64,000 bases of DNA, taken from assembly GCF_000143415.4 (NCBI RefSeq), contig NW_003314375.1, positions 372,001-436,000 of the forward strand, given 5' to 3'. The translations under genes were made by a program, and so were the position numbers. This stretch comes from Selaginella moellendorffii. Its lineage: Eukaryota > Plantae > Lycopodiophyta. The notes under the pieces were generated by a model, which saw nothing but the letters and a program-made list of their open reading frames with translations, ran no database searches and had not been told where the DNA came from. Shown in pieces: positions 39,300 to 50,886 of the stretch (the first letter of the stretch is position 1; the number at the start of each line of letters is the position of its first letter).

Positions 39300-42146
39300 T
39301 TAGAAACTTAGTAAAGGAATATTAATGAATCTCACCTTGAACCCGGTTATGAATGCTCTTGCTGCATCTCTTGCATGTTCTGGCAAAGTGATGGTGGCAC
39401 TCTGCTTCCGCATCCAACCATGCACAACATTATCCACCGATATGCTCATGCTGGGATCCCTTGGATTTAGCACCCATCTCTTTTCTAGGCAATCCTTCGT
39501 ATATCCGGAACTTGGCTTGAACCACTCCACAGTTACATTGAAGGAGTTAGTTTCCGCGTCCTCCTCTGCATCAGTGATGCAGCGCCCCACCCATATCATT
39601 TGTTTTTTATTACTGGGTCTGACAAGCACGACCATTCCTTTGTAGACCTGTACTGGATTGAATGCTGAATCCGGCTTCTTGTTCCTCGGCCCACAATAGT
39701 GATCCTCAACATCATTATCTGTCACTGCATTTCCAGAGGACATTGTTCCGCTACTATCTGGTGCTCTGGGTTCTGGCCAAAAGGACTCTTCCAATTCTTC
39801 ATATACAACCGGCCCATTTTGGATAGCAGATATAATCTTCTCCCAGTATTTGAGCAAAGGCTTGCACCTCTGAAAATAGGATTCTCCACTAAACACCAAC
39901 CCCCTCTTCCAGAAGGCAATATGTTGTCTAATCCCGGCCACTATACTTTCCTGGTCTTTGAGTCCATCCGGGTGCATCGGCCGTGGGGAACCCTGAGGAA
40001 TCATAGGTTCCCCAGTTATGGGATCTCTCTTGAAGAGTTCAATGCCGTCCACTGGCAGCCACATTGTGTCCCATTCTCTCATCTTGTACCTTATCACTGG
40101 AGCACCGTCACGCATGCTGAAATGAAACTGAAGAGGCTTGGAGTGGCCAATCAGCGTTTTGGATCCGTCCCTGATGTAGCCTCTTACAAACCCCTTAAAG
40201 TCTGGAACCTCTGTCACAAGTGCAGCTTCAACAGTGCCTTTGATGCAATTTTGGAATTCATCGTAGAGTTGTGGGAGGGTGAGGACATTGGATCGCCGGA
40301 GGGACTCTGCCAGGTGACTGAACATGGCATCGACGTCTTCATGAATGTGCCCAACCATGAGAAAGCCAAGTGTAACCGTTTCAAATATGCCTTTGGCAAC
40401 AAGCATCGCCAAGTATGCGAAGACGTACATGTTTTTGTTCTCACTGCCAGCATTGTCTGTTTGGAGCAGAAGATGGGGTGGAAGGCCACATCGGCCGCAA
40501 GAACTTCCTTGAGATTCTGCTTCGTTTGGATGAGGCTGTGCATTCACTGGGTGACCAGCCTCGTCGGAATGGCATGAGGCCTCACGTGATAACCCTACAA
40601 TCTGACGGCCAACATATTCACTGGGATGGCATGGGGCCCCACGCGATACTGCAAGCCTTTGCTCCTCCTCCAGCTGAACCCTGTATGGGGTTCGATCGAC
40701 AAGGGCCTTATGCAAGGGTTGGCCATTCAGCTCAGTCTGCGCACTTTGCAGAGACCTTAAGTATTTTGCTAGGGACGCAATCATCATGTTTGCACCCCCG
40801 CCACCCCATAGAGGTACAAAGAAGTTCCCATAGTTCTGGGCACCATGCCCATGAGCGATTATGCCAAACAGAGACACAAGCAGCTGCATGGATGAAGAGA
40901 TTGCCTTGGGGGCAGGATTGAGTTGAGGTAAGCATGTCTTTTTCTCGTCCATTTTGTCGTGGATGATGCAGAGGTAAGAGTCAGGTCTCTCCATGGAGAG
41001 AATCCTGTTATGATAATATGCAGTCCTACAGCTTCTCTGCTCGATGTTGTGGTCGAGTCGCCTTCTAACCAACGTCTCTCGCTCTTGAGCGATGCAAGAA
41101 TTCTTCGACAAAGCCATTTTGATAGCAGTGCACTCGTCACACTTTGAAAAGCTGGAGTACTTTCCTATACTCACATCCCTGAACCTGTTGCTCCACAATC
41201 TACTAAATCTAGATTGGCTCAACTTCCTGTAGCCATTACTCTGGAGTTCCCGATTCACATCTTCCAATATGGCCCCCTTGGTATACATGGAAGGGAGAAC
41301 TCATTGGGTGTCTCGTGTTCCATCTTCCAAGAGGCGGGTTTTATGTGGTTGCTGCTCGCTACATGTCTCGACAAACCTCTTGAAGATTGCCTCTCCATAT
41401 ACAACATGACCTCTGGTTTTGTGCGTACCGTCGTTCCCATGGACTACCTGTTGAACCCTTTGTTCCTCGAACTCAGTTTTGATTCTGTAGAATGTGGTTC
41501 GAGGGACTCCATAAATGATTCTCCATGCCTTCATGCAGACCAAACCCCTCTGGAAGACCATGCCCCCCACCTGATGTTCTGAAGCATCAAAAGATGACCG
41601 TAATGCCTCATACACAAAATTGCGAGTTGCCTTCCAGGACAATGTCTTATATCTTGCTCTCTCCTCTTCAATAGCATCCCAATCAGCATGTTGACAGCAC
41701 CTCCTCTTGCAACAAGCAACTATTGAGACCATTCGAACCTCCATCGCCATTTTCTGCCTTTTCGGTTCGTTGCTCAGATCCCTTTGGCTGCGCTTTAGGA
41801 AGGTGTACTTTCTTTTCCCATGAAGAGATGTTCTGTCATCAGTTGTAGTGGTGTTTGATTGTGAATCCTTCACATTCTCAAACACTAAGTGCCTCAATTT
41901 CCACCACACAATGCTTCCAATAGTTAGACTGTTTTCTTCTGTGTCAACAACCTCTAAAATCGCAACTCCAATATCATCCCAGCCCAATTCTTGATTAGCA
42001 ACCGCATCTCTTGGATCGACAACTGTGGCTAAGCCCTCAGCTACCACCTCCCCCTCGGGGTTGTTTAGAAACACCTTTGCCTGAATCCATGTAGCACGGT
42101 CCTTAAGATCCACAGAGGGAACATGCGTCGCACTTGCGGAGGCCAT
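39300..42146 (-). pseudogene. Sola1-like DDE transposase with one in-frame TGA at 41303-41301; further small 3' exons probably extend to ~38351
   Basis: ORFs 42146-41301 and 41288-39300 are in the same frame. Motifs: CCKRRCC, VCMKAWRIIYGV, FSKCDEC, LCIIHDKMD, LLLQTDNAGSENKN, FLMVGHIHEDVDAMFS. A 5' acceptor tttcag precedes the ATG, and there is a donor aag|gtgag near 39335. Confidence 0.8.
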
Positions 42147-42509
42147 TCTGAAAGTGCAGAAAAGAAGTTAAGACCATACAAAAAATGATTGGAGAATGGC
42201 CTAAATCATAACATACCAAACAACCTCAATAGCATGAGGCCACATGCCATTATTCAAACATGCTATTGACACCCACGTGAAATTTCGCATTCACAAAATT
42301 GGCATGAGGCCTCATGCCATCTTGATATACACACAGCTGCAGGCAAGTAAAAACATACATGACAATACGCTAGCCATGAAATTGCAAGGGCCCAAGATGG
42401 CATGTGGCCTCATGCCATTTCTAAATGTGGTCCTAAGCCATTCCATGGTGAACATACCAGGAAGCACAAGTGCCGAATATCAAGAGGAAGCGGTAGCCAC
42501 ACCAAAGAC

Positions 42510-42722
42510 AGTGCCGCTCGCAACACCGCAACTACTCGTAGCGCCGCTCGCAACACCGCAACTGCTCATAGCGCCGCTCGCACAAACTGCCACTTGCATA
42601 AACTGCCGCTCGCAATGGCGCTCGCAATGCCGCAACCGCTCGTAGACGCATAAACCACAGCTCACAACGCCGCTTACACAAGCAGCGCTCACTGCGCTCA
42701 GCGGAACCAAGAACACGGCGCA
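42510..42722. repeat. CG-rich tandem repeat (30-bp GCGCCGCTCGCAACACCGCAACT... units) upstream of the transposase
   Basis: gtgccgctcgcaacaccgcaactactcgta / gcgccgctcgcaacaccgcaactgctcata / gcgccgctcgcac..., followed by degenerate copies. Confidence 0.8.
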
Positions 42723-43441
42723 CAAAAATGATAGACCTAGGAATGAGTTCGAGAATTCAAAAATAACACACGCTTGAACGTCACATCAAATCCTCTGACA
42801 AACCAGATCTTATGATTCCTCTGACAAATTTCAAACTGAGTAGCTTCTAGACTTTGCTGTCGGAGGTTGAACTTTGTCACATCATGTCCTTGCCTCAATC
42901 CAGCTGTGCCATGTCAGTGATTCGAACTTTGCCATGCCATGTCAGCAATCCGCGCCAAGATTATTCGCCGTGTAAAGGAATAATTATGCTGTGTGTGTAC
43001 GTCCATTTATGGCAATATAAGGCCACACGCCATTCAAAGAATAATGCTAGTCGAGCATTTTTTGGTGCATTTTTGGGTTCAAAATTGCATGAGCCCACAC
43101 GCTATAAAGTTTACCTGTACCAAAAATAGAAACATCTTTATTTACTTGGGAATTTAAGTGGTTGAGGCATTTTTAAACTTACAAACACATGCCCTACTTA
43201 CATTCCTTTGGTTGCTTAAAATTCAAAAATATTATAAACCTTTCTTTTTGCATTTTCAATGTTTTCAATTATGGTTTTTGATTTTCACAGGACCAGCCTA
43301 GTAATCTATTTGCATCCCGTTATGTTTATAGCTAGCTTTCGTTTGTCCCCTTCGCTAGCCTGAGATACATCTGCTCGGCATCTGCCTTTTACAGCATTTG
43401 CCCAGAAAGGGCATCTTTCTTCACGCAGCATTTGCCACATG

Positions 43442-43467
43442 TTTAGGGTTTAGGGTTTAGGGTTTAG
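43442..43467 (+). repeat. Interstitial plant telomeric repeat (TTTAGGG)3-4
   Basis: tttagggtttagggtttagggtttag. Confidence 0.9.
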
Positions 43468-46400
43468 CAATTCAGTAGCTTGATAAACATGCAAATACAG
43501 AACTTGATGCAAAATCCTTTGATATGTCACAATGCCCCTAGGACCATAAACACATTTCAATAGAGAGGGTCCTTTCATTTCATAACTCCTTACGTAGATC
43601 TTGGTGAAACCAGAGTTAGTGAAGTTGGTTTCTTGTGATCCCGCATCTGATTGTGATGTCCCTTTGCAGTGTCGATGGAAAGGTCAATGCACACCAAACT
43701 GTAGAATCTTAGAGCAAAATAACGGTCGGATCTATGGCAAATGCCCCTGAAACATTGTAAGGCTCGTGTGGTCTCATGTGGTGTCCGATCGAGATGCTTC
43801 TTTGCAGGGTCATCAAGAAGGACATTGTATACCATTCTTTATTTAGCTGAACATCTGGCATTTTTGGAAATACAAGATGCTTTGGAATATCCAATCATGC
43901 ATGGTATAAATATAGCGAGGGTATTAAATGATATCCCAATCATGATCTTTCTTTTGGATTTCGCGTGCATGCATTCCGAGGAATGATGACGTTGCGGATT
44001 TCTTTTGGATTTCACGTGCATGCATGCGCGCGGCGATCCAGAAATTAATGGTGGCGCCCAAGTCCGAGGAATGATGACGTTGTGGGATTACCAACCATCG
44101 TGACATTTCGCGCGTGTGAGGTTAGGTTTTGCATCGTACTCGCGCTCGCACACTCGCGTTCGCATCGTGCTCCCACTCGCGATCACGCTCACATTCGCGC
44201 TCATCTACCTTCTCTACAGGTTTCTCGTGTGCATCAGCGTCCACTCGCGCTTGCATCACACTCGCGCTCGCATCGCGCTTGTGTGCATCAGCGTCCACTT
44301 CAAGACACACCCAGTTTGTAACTTCGCCGCCAACTCCGCCGCCCACTCCGCCACCCACACGCAGCCCACTTGGCGTCCCGAGAGATTTCAGCGCCACTCT
44401 CCAACTGTAAGTGGCAGAGTAGCCTTGCTGCTACGATCCGCTGCACACACAGTGCACATTCGCTAGCGAGTCCGACCTCGATTGTCACGCCTCCATTCGG
44501 CTTCAAATGGTAAGTCTTTTAGGCCAAGTAGAAAATGGCATGAGGCCACATGCCATTCAGTAGCAACATTGGCATGCACCGATTGGGCTCTCGAGTGCAG
44601 TCCGGTTACAGATGGCGTGTAGCCTCACGCCATCTTAGGATGCAGCCTCAAGACATCTGATGCAGTGGTGAATGGCGTGTGGCCTCACGTTATTTCCAGC
44701 TGCTAGCTTTTCATCTGTCAGCTCTAATTGTTGTGCATTTCTGAACAGGCGAGGAATTGCGTTCTTCTTCCAGCCATTGTCAATGTGGATGCAGAGAAGG
44801 GAGAGGAGCTCACCAGTTGGACTTTCGGGATGGAAGGCGAGGATCTGAGGCTATACAACACAGATGGTGGGAGAAAAGAATGCATGGGGATCCTCATCCA
44901 AGTGACAGACACTCCATGCAGTTCTATGCAAGAATATGGACTAGCACTTGTGGTAGAGACAGCGTCCGCCTTCAAGATCCACCTTGCACATCCTAGCGGC
45001 TTCCCGGAGGGGGGCAGCGGCTATGAGGAATTCCTAGAGGGAGCTAGGGAGAGGTTGTCCAGGAGGCCCACAATTTCAAAGACGCTGCGGGTCTATGAAG
45101 ATCACATGGAATCCACGGACCTCACCTACGACGATGTTTAAAAACTATATTCCAACATTGAGCCGTTGAGAGTGCCTCCAGTTCGCGAAGCGAAGGGGCA
45201 GGGGGGTCGATCTAGAAACTACCCCGAAGCAGAAAAGGGTGGTCAAGCTCAAGCCGACGTCTGACTCTCCTACTCCAAAAAAGAAGCTACTCGGTGATGC
45301 CATTGCCTCGGGTTCGAACACTACACCCACCAAAAAGAAGAGCCGCAAAGAGCAGAAAGAGCAAGAAGAGGCAGCAAAAATCGTCGCAGATAATAGTACT
45401 TGTTACTATTCCAACAAAGTATATACAATCGACGTGAGCCGTATCGACATCCAAAGCAAATACAACCACAGGCTAGTATCTGATGAGTGGGTGGAGAAAC
45501 TTAAGCAGAAGATGCTGGCAAGTCCAGTAACACCCGACATCGCAGACGTGATCCCCTACTACCGAACAATGAAGGGCAAGACGAGGTTTCCAGACTTGAT
45601 CAATAGGAAGGTGTTGGACGATCAGAACATCCGGTTCTATGCCGTCTCCGGGCAGCATTCTAGCTTGGCGATGCAAGAGATAGTTGTGGATATTATGGTG
45701 GGCGAGGAGGTGAAGAAAGTCTTCAAGACAAGAGTTGTCTGCCTGATAAAAGGCAACTCGCCCCTCCGATCTATCATATACATCTCCCACGCGCAGAATG
45801 TCAAGCAAGAAACATGCTACAAATCAGGTCTGCACGAGACATTGGCACGAACACGGAAGCTCTGGGTTCAACTAAAGAAGCCACAAAAACCAGGACAAGG
45901 ACGTGCACTAGCAACTAGCGCCTGGCAGGTAAGCCTCGTTGCATGTGGCATAGCATGTGGCCTCACGCCATTTCCATTGCAGGAATTCTCGAGTCTTCTC
46001 TCGAAAACACTGGGGGTCAATGACACACTCAGCATCCATAACATTCTACTCGCGACAAAAGTTGTTTTTGACAAATGGGTAGATGTGCTGAGGAGGTACC
46101 ATGACGGGGAGTTGCTAAACTCAATGGGTGTGGAGGACGGCCGGAAGCCCAATGATTTGAAGCTCAACGCCTTGCGTTTCTCGCGGTCTCTAGACGACGA
46201 CGACCTTCTGACAGTGGCTAATGCTCTTCTACGTGGTGAGGTAGTCTTCAACAAGACCAAAATGACTCCCGGCCATATTGTGACATACGAGGACTTGTGC
46301 ACGACTCTAAGAGCTCGTGCGCTATTGAAGGATTGGATCTTCGAGCAAGTGGCCGTGGAGAGGGTGAGCATCGACACCACGCAAGAGATGATGGAAGAGC

Positions 46401-49400
46401 TGGAGTTGTCAAATGAAGACATCGACGAGTACTTGAAGGGGGCCCCCAAGTTCATCGATCTGCTGCGGGATGCCACGAAAAGTAAAGCTGAGAAGTTGGA
46501 TCAGTATCCAAATTTCATTAAGAGGGATGTCGACCGCCGGCTTCAGAAACAACTCGACCCCGCAGCAGAGGCCTATCAAGAACCTTACCGGGTATACGTG
46601 AATTCGGATGAGGATCAAAGGTGGAGGAGCATCGTTTCCCGCGGAGATGAGCAGGTCAAGAACATCTTTTGTGTGATGGACTTCACAAACGAGGAGATCA
46701 CTCATGCAGACGAAGTCAGCTCCATCATTGACTTAATGGTGGGACTTGCAGAGGTGGAATCTTCAGTCCACTATATGATCTACGACTCCGAATCCTATCA
46801 CAAGTTCTGGAAGGCCTTGAACGAGGTGAAGGCTCGGTTGAAAGGCAAGGAGATGCGGGAGATCCATGGGATAATGGCTAAGAAGAAGATACCGACGAAT
46901 GTTCGCATCTTCACACTCGCCCTTGTTATTGGTCCTGCAGCAGAGTGGGACTGGAGTGACTTCCCAGCTTCGTTCGACAAGGCCGATCGAATTGATCTGA
47001 GGGAGGTCAATTTACCCGTGCCTGAGGAACTGAAGATGGCTATGGAGCTTTCGAATCCAGAGAAAGCTCCAGGTGCAGCATGGGAAATGCTCAGCTGGGT
47101 CTTCAACGCAATAGCGGGTTGGTCACCTGCTTCCGACTCCAAGGGCAAATGCGTTGTCGAGTACAACTGCGGCGGACTATTCTTTCGAGCCGCACTACTC
47201 AAGGGTGTCCTGTGTGTTGCGGTGACAAACTCCATTGAAGAGGTGACTTCAATGGAGCATATAATTACAGTTGCCAAAGAAAAATAGTATCTTCTCTGCG
47301 AACCTGGTGAGTACGCACTTTAAGTTTAAATGTTATCTCACAAGCTCTGTATGCAGGAGCGTGGCCACCCCCAGATGCTGAAACGGCGTTAACAGCTACT
47401 GTTGAACATACCCATGTTGGGCCGAGCTCACAACCTGCACAAGGTAAGGTCACGTGAGGCCTCATGCCATTTTGATTATAGATCGTTGTGAATATTCAGA
47501 CACGAGGACTGAAAAGCGCACTGGTGGCGCGTCGAAGAAGGACAAACAGACAAGCAATAGGAAAAAAGGAGGTACAAATTATATTTGCAATGGCGTGTGG
47601 TCTCATGCCATTCCTTGCAGGAGACACTTCTTCAAAGGCAAAACAGGCAAGCACCAGCCAAGCTCAAACTGATAGTGGTCATAAAAAGCGAAAGCACGTT
47701 GGACAGTCGTCGGGATCAGAGGCGTTTGATTCGAAAAGGAAGAAGGGCAACGAAAAGATGATAGGTAATGCCTCGCGGTTATGGCGTGTGTGCTCATGCC
47801 ATTCATTGCAGATCAAGGGCTGAGTGAAAGGAGCCAGTCACCACCTCCTGACTCACATTCCTATGGCAGACTCCCCTTCCCCAATCTCAATGGAGAGGTA
47901 CAATGGATGAGGGATGCTTTTCAAGTCAGGGCCACGTTTTTCTCATCTCGTCGTCTTCGAAGGGTGCAAGAACGTGCAGAAACCATGTTAAGATAGTCGG
48001 GTGAGGATACGGTCCTAGGTCACGCACTAAAACAGGCTATGGATGTCTTGTATTTTGAGATGGAGACTCGGCCAGATGATTTTCCCAAGATGGTCCTGGA
48101 AGAACAAGCCATCCAGCCTGAGCAGCCTATGGAAGAAATGCAGGAGGGGGATGAGGAGCCAGAGAAAGATAATGAGCAGGAAGAGCAGAAGGACGAAGAG
48201 GAGGACAAAGAAGAGGAGGACGAAGAAGAGGAGGATGAAGAGGACTTGGATGGTCCTCACAATGGTGACGATCACAATAACGACGACGACGATGATGACG
48301 ACGATGGCCAACCTGAGGTGGCCAAAGAGTAGCGGAGGAAGGTCATACAAGACAAACCATCAGGTAAATAATAGTACATCCATTCCTAACCTTTTACCAT
48401 TTCTAACATTGTCCATGTAGGTCGCAGAGCAAATGGTAAGTAGAGATTATTCAGTTGAATTAAGATACAAACTCTAGCCTTTAGTGTCGAGGAAGGATAG
48501 TGCCAAGCAAGGGTCGAAACGTATGTCCAATCCTTCAGAATCATCAGTGCGCCCAAGTGATATCGGTCCTAGTTCCTCAATAGCAGTTGATAGTAAATAC
48601 AGTATAGTCGATTCAATATGCTAATGAGTTTGTTTTTAGTAGCCAGTAGGGAGGATACCATCTCAATCGAAGGGAGATATTTGGACATGCATATGGATCC
48701 GCCAGTGGACTCTACTTGCCTGCAAGAATCATCAGAGCTGGTGGAGGCTACTATCCATATCAACGCCAAGCAAGCTGACCACGCTCCACTTGATGCTACC
48801 CATACCACTAAGTAAATCTTGTCCACGTATCCAACTGACGGTGACCAGGCGCCATTGGACCCGCATGAGGCCGCCCCAGCCGCCGAGCCAGTCGTATCCT
48901 CATTTCCAACGGACTCAACGTGTGCCCAATCGTCTGACTACGCGCCGTTGGAACCTCCCTACACCGCCCCTGCTGCCTGTTCGGTCATGTCCACTTTGCC
49001 AACGGAGGCACCAGCTAAAATGGCGTGTGATCACACGCCATCGGAACCACCCCATGCCACTGTTGAGCCAGTTGTATCAGAGTCTATAGCTGAAATGGCA
49101 TGTGCCCACACGCCATCGGATGCGATTGACCCCACATTGCAGAGGAGAGTATTTCCGCCCTTCACGTTTCCTCGACCAAAACCCTCTCAACGACCATCGG
49201 GAGCACCATTCGCTAATATTGTAGATGGTAAAATTGACTTGTACCATTTTTTATGCTGACGCATTTTATTTCAGAGTCACGGCGAAGGTACTGTATCGTT
49301 TTTTATCTGAACGGTGTCCTTTTCTCCCATGAGCGTGGCTCGTCCTCGAATGTCACTGCACCCTCCAAAGCCTGCGGTCGCAAGTTGGTCAAAAGAGACA

Positions 49401-49915
49401 GATTGACATTAATCACACGGGAGAAACTGCTGTCAGGAATCCCCCAATTCTTGCCACATTCTTGACTCTCGCCGGATTCCTGACCTGCAGACCACATTCT
49501 TGACTCTCGAGACATTTCCCTATTCCTGACTCTCAAGACACTTCCCGATTCCTGAGTCTCGAGACACTTCCCGATTCCTGAGTCTTGAGCCACATTCCTG
49601 ATGATGATGTGGCGCCTCCTCGACCTCAACTGTATTTAGGCCGTCCTCGATCCAAGAGTGGTGGAGCTTCATCAACCTATAGTATATATAGGTTAGCCTT
49701 GTTCCATTTCTCCACAATCTGAATCAACACCAGTCTAAGGCCTCTTCTTTGTTTTCACTAGCTTTTTCTCTTTGTCTTTAGCATTTTCCAGTCTTGATCT
49801 TGTTGGGGGTCTTGACAGTTTGATTCAGATTGTGTTTTTTGCTTTTCTTTTAGCTCGTTTTGATTATTTGATTGCCTTTGTCTTTTTCCCCCTTTTCTTT
49901 TCTTTCTTCTTGCCA

Positions 49916-50886
49916 ATGGAGTCTCCAAGCCATCCTGATTTCTTTGCCGAAGTCCTTGCAAAAATCCAGTCTGAGAATACCGAGCTGAAGGCGACCTTCT
50001 TCGCATGCAGCAGGAGCTTGCTTCACTTTCGGCTCAAGGATCCAGCAAAGTTCTTGAACCGAAGGTGAGTTTCCCGGCGAAATTTTCAGGCAAGCGTTCG
50101 GAGCTTCGTGGATTTTTGAACCAAATGGAGCTGATCTTTGCACTTCAACATCGGCGGTACCCCACTCCCGAGTCTCAAATCGGCGCGATTGGGACGTTGC
50201 TCGAGGGTGCAGCTTTGTCATGGTTTTCTCCTCTTTTGGAGAAGAGCATGAAAGGGGTCGTGGTTCCGGAGCTGATGGATCTTCAATTGTTCAAAGAGAA
50301 GCTCGAAACATGTTTTGGCGAGACGGATCGGGTTCGGGCTGCTACCACAAAGATGAGACGTCTCTCTCAGGGGTCTCGTCCTGCCTCGATCTACGTTGCA
50401 GAGTTCCAACTCCTTGCCTTGGACACTCAGTGGGATGAGCGGGCCCTGATTGACCAATTTCGCTTCGGCCTCAACAACGGTGTCAAGGATTTGTTGCTCA
50501 CCATGGAGGATCCCAAGGACCTGTCGGACGCCATCAACAAAGCTGTTCGATGTGACAATCGTCTCTTTGAATGTCGTCAGGAAAGTCGCTGCGCCGCTGT
50601 TTTTCCGTCCCAAACTCAGGAATCCCAGCTTGAGTCTTCGGGGCATAGTCCTGAACCTACTGCTCCGGTCCCGATGGATATTTCTGGTACTCCCCGACTC
50701 ATTAGAGGGAAGTTGAGTCCTACTGAGAGGCAACATCGAATATCTCATAATCTTTGCCTCTACTGTGCTGATCCTAATCACAAAGCAGCTGTGTGTCCCA
50801 GGAAGCCTCCCCGATTGCTCGAGTTCACTCTGCCTCAAAGTCCACTTCTGTTGCAGTCGGGAAACGACCCTGTCCAAACAGAGTAG
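49916..50886 (+). pseudogene. gag: gag (frameshift near 50005)
   Basis: PAKFSGKRSELRGFL, LEGAALSWF, QGSRPASIYVAEF, PVPMDI, and the zinc knuckle CLYCADPNHKAAVC. Confidence 0.9.

Noticed and set aside
43442-43467. Telomeric tract as a chromosome end or fusion scar
   Set aside because: Only 3-4 units and internal to a transposon; better read as a telo-box-like motif.
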